Of a stretch of 5,439 nucleotides of DNA, positions 4,525 to 5,439 are shown piece after piece; positions within the stretch are counted from its first letter, which is position 1; every line of letters begins with the position of its first letter. The notes beneath the pieces are model-generated. The model did no database searches. It had not been told where the DNA came from and was given only the letters and a program-made list of their open reading frames with translations. A program made the translations under genes and the position numbers. Source of the DNA: Candidatus Thorarchaeota archaeon. GTDB lineage: Archaea; Asgardarchaeota; Heimdallarchaeia; Hodarchaeales; Hodarchaeaceae. Location of the stretch: positions 1 through 5,439 of the forward strand of contig JBHLRO010000062.1 in assembly GCA_048882505.1 (NCBI GenBank). Reading direction: 5' to 3'.

Positions 4525-5250
4525 TCATCTGTTTAGTAGAAGAAAAGGTATGCATGCTGTAAAAACCAGCAATTTGATACCTAAGTATCCTTCCTACGAT
4601 GATGCCCTATATTAGTTTTACCATCCGAATTATCTACTCCCCTTTTCTTTTAAAGCACGATTCATCTAGTATACCTACTTTCAAGCCTTATAGGAGGGTG
4701 AAGGATTTACACCAAGAGGATTCTCAAGAGGATACAAGATGAGGATTAATCTTACTGTAACATTCCCTGATATATCAAAATCATGCAGATTAAATTCCTT
4801 ATTTCAGCTTTTTAGATTAATTGATTCCTTCTTGCTCTCGATTCACTGATTGCAGGTATTTCTCAGATCACAAGGATCAGGTCTAGCAAAAAAAACCTCC
4901 ATAGATCAAGACAAATAAGCTACCAAATCATTCAAACATATATCTTTTATAAGGTATCTAATAATAAGCTCATAGGTATTTGTATAACAAATTTCAGGTT
5001 GATAGGGAGTTGAGAAGAGGTAGAGAATGACAAGTCCCTGTTTTCGATTGAAAATACAAAGGCGGGAAGATTAATATTCTTCCGATTCACAAGGGTTCAA
5101 TAAGGTTTCTAATAGAATGATTTCTGACTTAGACACAATATCAATTTGAAACAATCTTTGGATTGATCATACTACGAAATGGAGAGAAGTTGCGCATTGG
5201 TTTCGGGGGATAACTGCGTAGCCCTGGGGGCGCATCACTGACTGTCACGG

Positions 5251-5439
5251 TTAGGTCCAGCCTTTGATAACCTGTAAGACGAATTCCATCACGTCGATAT
5301 CGGTCTGTCCGGGGCCGTTCTCAGTAAGGAAGTTGGCAATCTTGGCGTGATCTTGGATGTCTAGGTTATCAAACACCTGGGGATGAAGGCGTTGGAGGCG
5401 GTTTAGCAACATGGCCCCTTGCGTAACCTGAATCAAACT
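5251..5439 (-). CDS. C-terminal part of a hypothetical protein entering from the right edge
   Basis: Frame open to the window edge: SLIQVTQGAMLLNRLQRLHPQVFDNLDIQDHAKIANFLTENGPGQTDIDVMEFVLQVIKGWT*. Helical, protein-like composition with GC-rich codon usage. Confidence 0.65.
   Translation of the reverse strand, partial: SLIQVTQGAMLLNRLQRLHPQVFDNLDIQDHAKIANFLTENGPGQTDIDVMEFVLQVIKGWT

Noticed and set aside
4700-4746. CRISPR array
   Set aside because: Repeat units are ~9 bp with 1-3 bp spacers, far below CRISPR dimensions; no such array anywhere in the window.

Overview
All supportable genes are on the minus strand. The window alternates between GC-richer blocks (~1-400, ~2620-4510, ~5190-5439; hand counts of 60-nt lines gave 57% and 62% GC) and AT-rich blocks (~400-2620, ~4560-5180; hand counts gave 32% and 23%). 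GAGGTG/AGGTGA-type RBSs, a CDC48/VAT-type N-domain, a longin domain and a Cys-rich RING-like finger suggest an archaeon, most likely Asgard (inference). The GC-rich backbone reads in transcription order: partial hypothetical gene, hypothetical gene, RING-like Zn finger, longin + V4R/Bet3-like fusion, CDC48-N-domain gene. The CDC48-like gene appears split by a ~2.27 kb AT-rich insert flanked by an imperfect 15-bp direct repeat, and removing the insert restores one reading frame. The insert carries two intact paralogous secreted CBM4/9-like proteins, a signal-peptide-only remnant, a frameshifted hypothetical gene and a nonsense-riddled pseudogene resembling the C-terminal domain of Abi-type defence proteins. 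Several of these are missing from or mis-started in the supplied ORF track. No RNA gene, CRISPR array, transposase or integrase is visible. All family assignments come from motif recognition by eye, not database searches.
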